This document shows positions 1-12,789 of a stretch of DNA of 64,000 nucleotides, in pieces. The first letter of the stretch is position 1; each line of letters opens with the position of its first letter. A program made the translations under genes and the position numbers. The notes beneath the pieces were generated by a model. That model saw only the letters and a list, made by a program, of their open reading frames with translations, had not been told where the DNA came from and did no database searches. This stretch comes from Vicugna vicugna (lineage: Eukaryota), in the NCBI GenBank assembly GCA_013265495.1, contig MU058781.1:10273009-10337008 (forward strand), in the 5' to 3' direction.

Positions 1-539
1 TAAAGTTCAAAAATGAGAGCTCGTCAAAACATGAGGAAGTAGCCTTGATGCACAAGGGTCAAATAGGTATATAACTTACCCTGATCCAGTTTTCGGACAC
101 AGGAACTCCCAGTAAAACACCGGTCTTTGGGCTCACCCAAACATGGGGTGTAATTTAAATTTGTTCCATGCAACATTCTCAGACCACAACCTGTTACATC
201 AACTAAATTATCTCTGAAAGAACTGTGTTAAAATATTTCTTCTTACAGCATATTTTGGAACAAACTCCTTATTTAAAAAAAGAAAGGGAACTGTCTGAAA
301 AACAGTAGAGCTTTGCAAGCACTATTAGGAGAAAAAGTTATTAACTGAACAATGTTTATGTGAGATTAGCATGTTGCGAATGTAATTAGAGATGTTACCA
401 AAGGTATAGACTGTGGTCTTCTTATTCAGAAGCAGTCCAGTTTAGAAACCAGACGGTATTCCATCTATGCTGAATAGCAACTGTGAGAAAAATTATCTAA
501 GAGAAACATGAAGGAACATTGGTAAGGAAATGCAACCAT

Positions 540-1000
540 TAGATAAAAACTTAAAAAAAAAAGTCCCTAACCTTAGACCTAATAGTTCACTTCAGAGAAC
601 TTACTTAAAAAAAGATTAGAAATTTAAGTACCTATACGGTTATTGCTGTGTTCTTTATAACAGTGAAAAATTGAAAATGATTTCTATGTCTAAATAATTA
701 AACTACTTAAGTAACTTAGGTACAGCCATATACTGGGATAATTCAAAGCCATGAAAACTTATCTTAAATGATAGTTAACACATGAAAAATGCATTTCAAG
801 TATTGCTAAATTAAGACAAATCAGATTGCAATATATTCAAATCAATCTCAATTTTGTCAAATCTCTCTCTCTCAATGTTGATTTACTCTTAGAGAAGTTT
901 GAACAGAAACCAATCAAATATTAACTGTGGTTTTCCCTACTGTGAAATTTGGGGTGATTATATCTTTTTTATTATTCTTTTCTATATTCTACCATTTTTT
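540..1000 (+). mobile_element. Old L1M (L1ME-like) 3' end remnant
   Basis: Degenerate L1 3' ORF2/UTR motifs (ttattgctgtgttctttataacagtgaaaaattgaaa...ggtacagccatatactgggataatt...gccatgaaaa); boundaries approximate. Confidence 0.55.
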
Positions 1001-1469
1001 TTCCAACAGGTAATAATACTCAATTTTTTCCTTTTTTTTTTTCACAAATGAGAATCTCAATTGGAATTGGTTTTTAAGATAGCAGGAAATAAGAGAAAAT
1101 ATACTGGGATAATTCAAAGCCATGAAAACTTATCTTAAATGATAGTTAACACATGAAAAATGCATTTCAAGTATTGCTAAATTAAGACAAATCAGATTGC
1201 AATATATTCAAATCAATCTCAATTTTGTCAAATCTCTCTCTCTCAATGTTGATTTACTCTTAGAGAAGTTTGAACAGAAACCAATCAAATATTAACTGTG
1301 GTTTTCCCTACTGTGAAATTTGGGGTGATTATATCTTTTTTATTATTCTTTTCTATATTCTACCATTTTTTTTCCAACAGGTAATAATACTCAATTTTTT
1401 CCTTTTTTTTTTTAACAAACGAGACTTTCAATTGGAAGTGGTTTTTAAGATAGCCTGATATAAGAGAAG
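728..1469. repeat. Tandem duplication, 2 x 371 bp (728-1098, 1099-1469)
   Basis: atatactgggataattcaaagcc starts at 728 and again at 1099; the copies look identical for ~315 bp, then show 9 substitutions in the last 56 bp. Confidence 0.95.
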
Positions 1470-3108
1470 ACTGAACACTGAAAAATAGGCTCAGGCAGGA
1501 ATCATGTTGTGAAGTAATATAGGCTTGAAGTTATCAAGGTGTAAATTAAGGAGCTTGTAGTTGAAAAGGAGATTGGGGGGGGGGTTCTGCAAAGGGAAAT
1601 TTTAACCAAATTACTCAGTGAAAAGTTAGCCAAATGCTCAAAATATTAGTCATTAAACATTTAGTTTTAAATAGAGAAGGAGATGGGTAAATTCTGGGTT
1701 TCTCCCAAATATTCCACTTTGGTTAGCCCGACAGTTCTAAATCTCTGGGCATTCTAATTATCTTGAGATCTGGGACTAAGTACGTTCTGATTGCGATGTT
1801 CTCTGAAGGAGCCACCGTGCAGCCTTGCTCAAAGTGATCTGTAATACTCGTGTGTGAATTTCACCACTGCAAAGGCTACCATGTGGTCCATGTGGACAGA
1901 AGTGAGGAGTTCTGATGTTGGCCAGGGATTTGAATTAATATAAAGTGACTGGTTGCTCAGCCCTGTTATATATTCAGTAATCGGTACCTTTCATCTTCTT
2001 ACATTATGTTTTATGAAAGTAAATAGATGTGGGATTAATTCTATTTATGAAACAGTCAGCTGTACTAGTAGCTGTACATATAATATTTTGAATTCAAACC
2101 TTTAGAGCACATAAATATGGAATGAAATATGAAATAAGAAGAGTCAATGAATGTACAATTTAGAGATGTTTTTCGTTCAACATTTCAATATACTTTAAAA
2201 TAAATTTAGTGTATCTTAAAGTCTATTTCAAATATTCAGTGCATAGTTTTTTTTTAAAACAGGAATATAATAAATACTGTACTTAGACTCTGAATGCCCA
2301 AAGTTCATAATTATCTCAAAGAATCTTTTCACTCCAAGCCACCCGGAGGCTAAATTTTAAAGTTAGGCAAGTTTGCATTTACCAATTCCTCCCCTATTAC
2401 CTTTCACCCTTAGAAGTGAATCTATTACGCCAGCCCGGAGCTAACCTACACTCTTACTCATTGCCTTTTGCTCTTAACTCCGAAATAGTTTTTCTGCCTG
2501 TTGCACAGGACTTGGTACTATCCTTTCCTGACAGTCCTGATGTAAGAGCAAGTAATTGCTCTTCCCTCCTGAGTGCTAGCCATTGTTCTCTGTCTGAAAT
2601 GGGGTCTCGTACTGAGTGATGACCCCTCACCATCAACCATGCACAAAGCATCGTACGCACAGTCTTTAGTATTTACACACCTCGCACGGGATCAGAAGTT
2701 GCATAAAATAAACATGCAGTCACAGCTATGTAAACCAGCTTTGAGTATAAAAATGAGAAATTTCCTTCTGGTGGTTGTAGCTGAATAGCCCTGATAGGCT
2801 TCCACGTAAGTAGAGTGGGGACTTCAATTAAAATTTCATGGGAAACAACACTACTTTGAGTATTTCAACTGATGTTACTTTCTTCTGTCACACTGGGCTC
2901 CAACTACCCGAGACGTCACAGGAAAGGTTCATTTTCCTCTAGTTCACAACCATTCTTGCCTTCACTGGCTTTCTCTACTGTAGTTAAGACAGAGCTATCC
3001 CAGGGGATCAAGACATCATTCTATTTATTGCCTTTCCTCTCATCCTTATTTTTCCCTTTAAAATTAATTTTATAGTGATAGCTCTTTAAAAATAGCCTCA
3101 GGTACCCT

Positions 3109-3129
3109 TGTGTGTGTGTGTGTGTGTGT
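3109..3129. repeat. (TG)n microsatellite
   Basis: About 10 TG units, read directly. Confidence 0.9.
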
Positions 3130-4562
3130 TTTTTTTCCCTAAACCGTACCAATCTAAAAATAAACTAACAAAATCACATACGAAAAAACTGGAAAACCCA
3201 AGATGCAATTCAACAAGGACAGAATGATGTCTTGTCCCCCGGGGATAGCACACATCTACTAGTACAGCTGACTGTTTGGTTCACCTTGTAAATTAAATTT
3301 GGCCAAAGGAACATTGGTACAGGTAGCTACTGAGAGATCTACATAGAAACAAAATGACATACTTCCCAAATTTATGACTTCGGCTTCCAGGTGTCCCTGT
3401 GGAAATCTTGAGGTCATGTCAGCAGGGAACAGAGGAGGACTGAACATGAAGTAGGAGCACTGCCTGCAAAATTGATCTAGAACAACTTTTCTCAGTTCAG
3501 TTCAGTTCAGTTCTGACGGTGTGTTAACTCACAAGATGAAGATAAAAACAAAAAGCAACCAACCTAGATTTAGACAAATCTTAATTTCTTAAAGATACTT
3601 AAAGGTATATTATTGATAATAAAATAAATTTTTGCTATAAATTATTATGCTCTTTGTCACTATCTGCAAGTAGAGCTGACCATGTTCCTGGTTCCCAAGA
3701 TGTATTAGTGGAGATGAAGACACTGATTTATGGGAAATATGAAGGATTTGCCCAGTGTCACCTAGTAACTTAGTCAATAGGGAAACAAAGCAAGCAAAAT
3801 ACAGCCCCACCTTCAGATTTATGGAAGATCCCCCCAAATTCTGTAAGCTACAACAGCCTAAAGAAATGACTGTGACTATGTATGTTTTTAAAAGGGGGTG
3901 AGGGGGGACCACAGAAGTATTCTTGAGATCTCAAGAGGATAAGGCTCTTTTTGTTGAAAATGAGGTCAAGTTTCTAATGCACCATTTATGCCTTTTGGAG
4001 GGTCCTGTTGTGCCCCTCACCTGTTGCCCAGTGGGCTTCTTTCTCTGCCTCAAGTTCTTCAGTGGGAACAGAAATGCAGGGACAGTTAAGAACAAAAATC
4101 TCTTGTAAGCTGAAGTTGATCTTGGATAGCTGCCTTTAACCTTTCTCTCTCTCTCTGTAGATTTTATGACTTTATATCCACTTTCCTTTGTGAAATCTAA
4201 TTTAGTCATATTCCAAGACATCCTCATTCATTTTGTGATTGAGCTCCAGTTTTCTAAATGGAATGAGGGTTGGGTTGAATACATAAAGGTAGGTGACCTT
4301 TACCCAATGATGGAATTGTAAGAGCGATTTATGATCTTGAAAGGATTCGTGTCTACACAGATGGCAAATCCCAGCATCTCCAGTCTCTGCCACTGCTTAA
4401 TTTCCCTCTGCCACATTGCTCTGCTGCAGTGTTCAGTCACTGTCTTCTTTGGTATGTTTCAATTGACAGGAACATTTACAAATGAAATCTTTACTAAAGG
4501 TGAAGTAAAACGATTTTCTCCTTCAAGGTCTGAATTTAGGAACCTGTCTTTTCTCATAACAG

Positions 4563-4640
4563 CTGACGACATCCTTGGTGTCTAGGAACACAAGGGAGAA
4601 TCTATCTGCTGGCAGGAAGAGAAAAAAGAATGTACACAAG
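4563..4640 (+). other. Candidate 78-nt exon (unverified)
   Basis: Acceptor cctgtcttttctcataacAG, donor AAG|GTactg, one open frame (LTTSLVSRNTRENLSAGRKRKKNVHK); no homology recognised. Confidence 0.15.
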
Positions 4641-6149
4641 GTACTGTATATTTGCAATTTTTTTTAAACACTGGAGACAGGAAATGTTTGAGTTAGAGTA
4701 GTAATGCTAAAATGTCTGGGTGCATATTCTTTATTATTGCATGCAAAAGTTGCATTTGAAATGAACTTAGAGTTGACACTTTAAATAGTCAGTTCCCACC
4801 CCCCATTTTTTTAAATATAATCTATATTATTAAAGTTAATGACATGTTGGACAAATTAAACTAGGAATACAGTGCACTTTAAAATCATCACTGCCCTTTG
4901 GTCTGTTTCCACTACCATTTTAACTTCCCTGATGCAGAGAGAAATGTAGAATGAGATACACCCATTAGTGTGGAGTTTTAGGATATTTCTCTTTATATTT
5001 AGATGCTTTTAAAGCCATTAATTTTCTCTTAGTTTGAGAAAACCATGTATTTAAAAGACCCCCCCCTCCAAAACCTGACTGAATCAGCAGAATTACCTAA
5101 TCTGTCTGGCTTCTGGGTATCAGAAATTCATTATTACCTAAAAATCTGGCTCTTGTGAACAGCCTGATCATTTTAATGATGTGTGACAAAATAGAGCTGA
5201 GCTGCTGTAAACAATCTCTCCTTTATTTAAAAGAAAGAAAAAGACATAGGACAAGGACAAGTGAAAATGTTTCCTGTTGCAAAGTGATCACTCTTTAAAA
5301 CAACTCATATACTTCTTACAACATTCCTCTTTGCCTGGCCACCAACAGGCACACACGCCCAGGGCAAGGTGTGTATGAGCGTACGCTCACACACGTCTAT
5401 TCCTCAAAGACTCTATTGAACACTTGCTGTATTTCACTATAGCCCCCCAAATTAAGATTCTTCAAAATTCTTTTAAGGCTATAAAAACACAAATTGCCTA
5501 AAGACTTGTAAGGGATGGAAACTTCTGCCTGGTCAGGTTTGCTGTAGTGAAAACTGCATTGGACTCCTGGTTCTTTAGTTGACCAGCTACTTTGGGAAAA
5601 CCACTCACTGGCATAAACAAAACCTATCCCATAGACTTACTGGGATTCACCTAAATGAATGTGTATTCAGTACATTGTAGTTGCTCTACTATAAGCATTA
5701 AAGTCATTGAATCTGACTTTAATTTATTGTTCTTTATGACAGTCCAACTAGTATTTCAAAAGGTATCTCATCATTTGGACCAGAAACCAAACAAAGCATT
5801 GAAAAATACGGACACAAACACACATACAACCTTTAAAAAAGAACCAAAGCAAAGAGCCCAACTTTAATTAGAGGGGAAAAAAGACATTCAAAACATGATT
5901 CAAGTGAATCACTGGGACCATTAAAGATGCATCTTCTTGTATAAAGTGCTCTTGCACAATGGCACAACGGTCTTGAATTTAGCTTCTCCTGCTCAAAGCT
6001 CCCCCTGAAGTAAAGTAACCAATAAACTGGAAGTTACGCTTTACTTTGTTTTTCTCTTCTTACCTTCCCATTTAGCGTGACCGCGATTTGGATGGAAGAG
6101 AAGTTCAGTCAACAGAGAAAAGCATACTCTCTGATCCTTTTCATTTGCT

Positions 6150-6328
6150 TCCTTCTGCTAGTTTCATGCTTAGTTTCTTCTTCTTTGTTTTAGTCCCTTG
6201 AGTTATAAATTTAGGTTGTTTATTAGAGCTCCTTCATTTTTTCTTAAAGATGTAGATGTTTATTGCTGTGAACTTCCCTCCTAGAAGGGCTTTTGCTGCA
6301 TCCCACACATTTTGGTATGTTGTATTTC
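6150..6328 (-). mobile_element. L1 ORF2 internal fragment
   Basis: Antisense L1 motif ttattgctgtgaacttccctcctagaagggcttttgctgcatcccacacattttggtatgttgtattt. Confidence 0.75.
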
Positions 6329-6399
6329 TAATAAGCTCCCAAGTGAGGCATTGCTGCTGATCCTCAGACCACAGTTTGTCTTGGTTCTTGGAAGACCCT

Positions 6400-8710
6400 C
6401 CCCAAATACCTATCTCTTATCCATCCATAGTTCACAGGGTACCAAGGAAGGTTACTTCCAGGAACACTGCTCTCCCTACTTTTTACTCAGCAGATTTTTT
6501 GCACGGTGACTGTTTCCTTCAGGCTCCACTAAATAGAGTATCCAGATTTCAAGATCCAATACCTTCTTCTACTGATTGTTGACACACCCTCCTGTAAGAC
6601 TGCCTCCTCCTTTGATGTTGCCACCCTCCACCTAGTTATTGTCATCTGTTGACTTCCAGGTCTCTTCTCCACATTCATTGCAGGCTCTGGCTCCTGGTGT
6701 ATGATTTTCTCTTTCCTATATCTTGATACCATCCATCACACACTTCTTCACACATCCCACATATTAGCCCCATCTTTAGTTCTTGCTACCATTCCCCACA
6801 ACAGCATTTCTGATATTCATTTCTCTTTTTGACTGTCCTAGGACTAGGATTTTTGTTATACTGAAAAAACTCCTAGTATCCTATTTCACAGAGAATATCA
6901 TGCTTTCCAAACTCATTAATATGTCTGTATCCACTTGCATCTTTTCCTCCTATCCTGACGTCTTACAATGAGAAGTTCCTCCTCCATCCACGATTAATAA
7001 CTTCAGCAGGGGAGAGTATAGCTCAGTGGTACAGTGTGTGCTTAGCATGCACAAGGTCCTGGGTAAAACGCCCCCAAAACTCCATCAAAATAAATAAACC
7101 TAGTTTACCTCCCCCCTAAACCAAACAAATCAGAATTTTTAAAAATACTTTTTAAGAAAGATTAATAACTTCACCTGAACCCTGAGGTCATCAGTGCCTG
7201 CTTCCACAACTCACTGGCTATCTCCTCTCATCTAAAATAACCTCTCTCTCTCTCTCCTCTGGCTTATTTCCTTCAGCATAAAATCATGCTCAAAACACTC
7301 CCAACTTAAAATTTTGCTCTGATTTTTCTTATCTAATGATCACACATTTCTCTCCTTCCTTGTAGTAACAAAACAATTAGAAAAAGTAGTCTGAACTTGA
7401 TGCTTCAAACTCCAATTCTCAGTTTCTCATTTGATGCAAGGTGATTTCTGCATCCATCATCCCATAGAATCTGATCTGGTCAAAATCATCAAGGATTCTG
7501 CTGCTAAGTGCAGTAGGCACTACAAAGTCATTATCTTGAGCTTTCTGAGGTATTAACGCTGCAAATCATTTCTCCATTTTAGGATCTCTTCAGTCTTCTA
7601 GTTCATCACTCCTCTTTGATCACTTCATTAGGGATTACCTTTTTCTGAGAGCTTCACCATTGGCATGTCAGGTGCTCCAAGGTGATACAGTTGTGCTAGA
7701 GATAGTGATGCTACAGAATTGACCATGGGTGTGGAACAACAGGAGTCTACAGGTTATGCATAATGTAAACAAATGTTCATTCATTTTCACCATATGCCAT
7801 AATGTTGAAAAGATTCGGAATCAGTGATCTAAACCTTAGGAAGTTGCTAGTCACACGGGTTTGAGTTATGGTCTTCTTTAAGATCCTCTTCTCACTCTGC
7901 TAACAACCCCCCCACCCCCAGTGATCTCCCTACCCCTACCTGTGGGTGCTTCCCATATGTAAGTTCTGAGCCACATCCTAGACACGCAGATTCAACTGCT
8001 TCTTCCCCAAACTAACTTGTTGATATTTCAGGCATCTCAGATTCCTTGAAATGTCCCAAACTGAACTGTATCCTTTCTCCTCAAAGTAGATCTTTTAGCT
8101 AAATTTTCACATTCAGATTGACCCAGTACCCTAGCCGGTTGTCAGTACTAGAGAGAGAGGGTCCTCCTTTGCACTGTTTCCTTTCCCTCCATCATATCCA
8201 TTATGTCCTCTTCTTTTTATTTCCTAAATACCTCCCATATCTAACCCCACACATATTTTAATAGGTCAATCTCTATCTTAAAAATCCATCCGTAATTTCC
8301 TACTGTAGGGAAGCAAATCCAAATCCTTTTTAATGATACACAAAGCCCTCCCTGGTTTTGTCCCCAACCAGTTCAGTTTTATTTCTCACCATGTTTCTTC
8401 TCCCCTTATCTGCATCCACTCTCTAAATGCTACCTGTACACAACTTCTTCAAAGTTTCCAGTGTATCACGTTCACTCACTTTTTTTGTCTTTTGCATATT
8501 CTTTTTTACTTCTAAGTCAGCTTTATCTTTCATGACCAGGTTGCTACAGCATCCATATAGTACCCAGGACTTCACTTAACCCAAGTATCTGACACCCTAT
8601 GGTGAATTTCCAGCTCCTTTCATGGCTATTTGATTACACTGTGAGATGCTTCGTGGCAGGGAAGATGTCCCATACATCTTTGTATCACTTTCCTTTACCA
8701 CAATACCAGG
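6400..8710 (+). mobile_element. LINE-2 remnant, interrupted by a SINE
   Basis: Pyrimidine-rich degenerate L2-like sequence (ttccttcagcataaaatcatgctcaa; ggcatctcagattcc...atgtcccaaactgaact; tacatctttgtatc). Confidence 0.6.
7006..7159 (+). mobile_element. tRNA-derived SINE (camelid vic-1-like)
   Basis: ggggagagtatagctcagtggta...cttagcatgcacaaggtcctggg head with A box; perfect 14-bp TSD gattaataacttca at 6992-7005 and 7160-7173. Confidence 0.9.
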
Positions 8711-9209
8711 TGTTACAGGTTGACTTGTGTACCCCTAATCTCAACCAAAAGACATGCTGAAGTCCTAACCACCTGTACTCACAATGTGATTTTATTTGTA
8801 AATAGGATCTATGCAGATTTAACCCAGTTAAAATGAAGTCATTAAGGTGGTACCTAATCCAAATATAACTGGATTATATTTCCCTTAAAGAGGGGGGAAA
8901 TCTGGACACACGCACACACAGAAGGAAGACTATGTGAAGACACGCAGAGAATGCCAGGTAAGGATGAAGGCAGAGACTGGAGCAATGCCCCTGCAAGCCA
9001 AGGGACGCTAACAGCTGCCGACAAACCAACCAGCAGAGCTAGAAGGGGCAAGGAAGGATTTCCTGCAGATCTCAGAGGGAGCACGCAACTCCCAGTGCTT
9101 TGATTTCAGACTCCTAACCCCCAGATCTCTGAGGCAGTAGGTTTCTGTTGTTTCAAGCCACCCAGTTTGTGGTACTTTCTAGTCACAGTGGCCCCAGGAA
9201 AGTAGTAGA
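8711..9209 (+). mobile_element. MaLR solo LTR (MLT1B/C-like)
   Basis: Starts tgttacaggttga; contains gctgaagtcctaacc and aagccaagggacgc; ends ttcaagccacccagtttgtggtacttt...ccccaggaaagtagtaga. Confidence 0.88.
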
Positions 9210-9339
9210 CTGAACAATACTAAGATCTTGAATAAACGGATGGGCAGCCTCTACCCCTAACACACATGAAACATTCAGAAGTACTGAATGTCTAGGCTCT
9301 ATTTCTGTAATCTAGTAGAAACAGGGTATGACTTTTTTT

Positions 9340-9470
9340 TTTGTAAAATGCAGGTGATAACAATTATAATACTTCCTGAAGGAGCTGTTGCAGTTGAATG
9401 AGTAGATACACATAAGACACAAACAGAACAGTGAATGCTCAAAAGTATTATTATTACTATCATCTCATTG
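9340..9470 (+). mobile_element. MIR remnant
   Basis: tgtaaaatgcaggtgataaca...gctgttgcagttgaatgag...tgctcaaaagtattattattact. Confidence 0.55.
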
Positions 9471-12400
9471 CTACTATCATTATTCCCTGCGGCTCCTGGG
9501 AGGGCATGTTCACACCCAGACATGCAGAACTAGGACATGGGTCCCGTACGATCCCAGCCCTTGCCCCCTATGCATGCTTTCTGCGTGACTGACCTGCTGT
9601 GAGACTTTCCTTCCATCGGAGGCCAGGCGCAGGCTGTCAGCCACTGCTGTGTCTGGCTTTGGGTCACACTTTTTTCTGCCTAAGAGTGAGTCCTGAAATT
9701 GTATGGAAGTAATGGAAAACAAAACACACACATGATTCACTTTAGATAAATATTTGTTCTATAAATAACAACTCAATTACTTCTTTCATAAAGTAAACTT
9801 GTCAAGAAAAATCCACATTTCAGAACACAAATAAGAGCTGATTATTCACATCATATGTGCATATCTGTTTTCCAGAATTTCTTTAACAAGATACACAACT
9901 GACTTAAGGTTGAATAAAAATATGAGTCTATTTAGAATTTCTTGGTCAAATAGCTAACCCACAGAGACCATGTAGTGTGGACATTCTGGCAACAGACAAA
10001 ATGCTGGTGATCTTGCAGACTTCCTTCTCTCCTTAGAAGTGTCTCCTCCTTCCTTTAAGGATCCTGTATCCTCGTATCTCCCAGTTGCCTAGCCCCTCAT
10101 TAAATCCTGATCACAGGATCAAATCTAATGATATAAAAATTCTAAGTCATAAATGGCACATAAATTTAAAATTTCTGTCATTTCCAGGAATGGTTAAGAA
10201 GACCTTCTGGCATCAGACAGTTCTTGAAGTATTTCATGCATGAGAAAGGAACATGCAGGCGACCTCAGCATTGCGGTCACTTACTGGTAGCAGTGAGAGA
10301 AATACTAACAAGGCAAATGGCACCTTGCGGGCTTGAGCGTATTACGCAGTTCTCCAGGCCCCTGTCAGACAGCAGTGGGGAATCCGGTTCACTAGTTTCT
10401 ACATATTCTGGGGTGATTTGTAAGTGTTAAGAGAGGAATTTCTTTAGTATCCAATGTCTTCATTTTTTCATTCCTTCAATAAAGCTAGAGAACCAACATG
10501 AATAAAATGCTTTAAAGACATACCTTGAGATTCAGAAAGAAAAACAAGTGAACAACAGAGTTGAAAGGAAAGCAAGAAAGAAAAGTTTTATTGAAAAACA
10601 GATTAGAGGGTTGGCTGTAATTTGCTGAAGATATTCTGTGGCCTGGAAGAGCCTGGCTGTTCATGAAGTGTGGTGAAATCTTTTATACTGAACAAATACA
10701 GTTTGCTTGGGGAAAAAAAAGATAAATAAAGAAAAATAAGAGGAACAAAGCATTTTCCAGTTGGCCTGTGTAATTGGCAGCATGCAAAGAGTGAACTGGT
10801 GGTTTATGCAACCAGGAAAGGGTGTTTGTGAAAGAGAGAGAGATTAAGTAAGCAGTTTCAGATTGAGCTCACGTGGCTCTTTCCTTACATTCACACCAGT
10901 GCTCTTCAAGGTTTTTTTCAAGGCCTGTATCAAATGATTAATTTCACTGCCGGAATGGAGAGGGTCTTGTTCCCACATAATGGTGTTCTACTTTCTTTGG
11001 GGTTGGGTGTATTTTATTTTATGGATAACTGAACTGTGATATATCACTTCTCCAAATCATTATGCATCATGACTATTTTCCCACCAAAATAATAAAAGGA
11101 ATAAAAATGGTGATTTGCAAACCATGCTACATATAAGCAAGAAACTTACCTTTTGGAAGGGATGGCTGAATCGTGAAATCATAGTCTTTCAGAAGAGCTA
11201 TAATTTCTTCAACTGGGGAACGTTCCATTTCCTGAAAACTAGTCCGAACACTGACGATATCGTAGTAGGAGTAGTCATAATAATAACAGATACCTGAGTT
11301 TGATTCCTGGGGGAAGAAAATACCATAAATCTTTTCTCTTCTTTATATACTCATGTTGAAGTACCACCACTAAGATTACAAATGTGTATTTGTCATCTCA
11401 GTCTAATAAGTGAAATAGTAAAGATGTTCTTCCATTTCATGTTTACATTAAAAAAAAAATCACCAATGGTAGAGATCAGTATTTCTCACTGGGGAGGGGG
11501 TTAGTATTTTTGACGTGTGGAGCTGGACAGTCTGGCAAAGCGCAGTGAAACCAGCATCCCTGGCTCCTGCTCACTAAGTGCCCGGAGCATCCTTCCCCCC
11601 AACATTAGGAATACCAAGAACACGCCCCGCCACACACATGCACACATTCGCAAGCCTTCCCTGCACAGATGGAACTCCAGTTTAGAGGCACAGATCTAGA
11701 ATAAAAAAGCATATTTTCTTGAAACAGGAAAGACAATTCTCAAGAATAACATCTGGCACAAAATAGGTGTTGAATCAACACCAGGTTTCCTTCCTTACGT
11801 CCTTTTCCAAGAGGAGGAAGTAAGGAAACATTTCATGGTGAAATCTTTTGGTTATGACTTCATTGCTCCCTCAGAAGGGGTAAGTTGTTTTCTTACCCAT
11901 TTGCTTATCAAAAGCAGGCTGTCCACTCTTGTTTTTTCACCTCGATGGAGAAGGCATACTTTGTTTCATATTCTTCACACAAGAGCCAGTCTTTTCCAGT
12001 CAAACTGCAGGCAAATTTCAACTGCAGGGGTTATCAGCCATTAAAGGAGGCCATGTATAGCCAGCACCGGCACTTCGGTGACTGAGACAGCCTGCTACTT
12101 TATTTTTGGAATGTAGCCTACAGCTATTATGGCTCTGGGTTTTTGACAGGCATCATGTACTGCTATTTCAGAAGAAAATTTAACTTTAAAAATCAAGTAG
12201 CCTAAGGGTTTGGAATCATATTTAAATTTTTAATAAGTTACCAAAAATTACTTTGCACTGTTCATTTGGAACTGGACTCAACTTTCTGCAAATTAAGATG
12301 TAAACCATCCTGACCCCAATCGTTATGAAAAAATAGTTAAAATACCAGTTATCAAGTTTATTACTAAGAGAAGTAAGGGGTGCTTACCTGTTTATTCTCT

Positions 12401-12789
12401 TTGTATTAGACAGCAACATACCATCTGGAATATATTTCCGTCTAGAACTAAACTTGTAACTGATTTAGACCTTCTTCTGGTTGTTTTCAATTTGACTATG
12501 CAAAAGAAGTCCTCGGAACAGACCCTGTAATAGACTGTAATTACCCATAGGTAACTGAGAAACCTATTCAGCATCCAGAGAGAGAGAGAATCCTATGACT
12601 TAGGTGTCACATCAATCAGTGACTTAGTCATCTACAAAGCAGGCACCAGAACTGATTCTTTGATCACTGTCATCTGGTTAAATGCACGAACTAATTAAAA
12701 TGTTGACTGATTGGTTGTTACTGACCTGGGAAGCTGGTGGGTCTAGGATAGAATGAAGGGACCACGGTGGTTTGGATGAAGTTTAGGAG

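Noticed and set aside
2605..2790. C-box-like GTGATGA inside a small ggggtc/gacccc hairpin (possible snoRNA)
   Set aside because: No suitably placed D box with a terminal stem, and no recognisable guide sequence.
3492..3513. (CAGTT)4 resembling a BovB/ruminant SINE tail
   Set aside because: No adjacent RTE or Bov-A body; treated as a simple microsatellite.
7009..7080. tRNA gene calls at the five tRNA-like heads
   Set aside because: They have A-rich tails, most have TSD-like flanks, and the cloverleaf is degenerate. These are SINEs, not tRNA genes.
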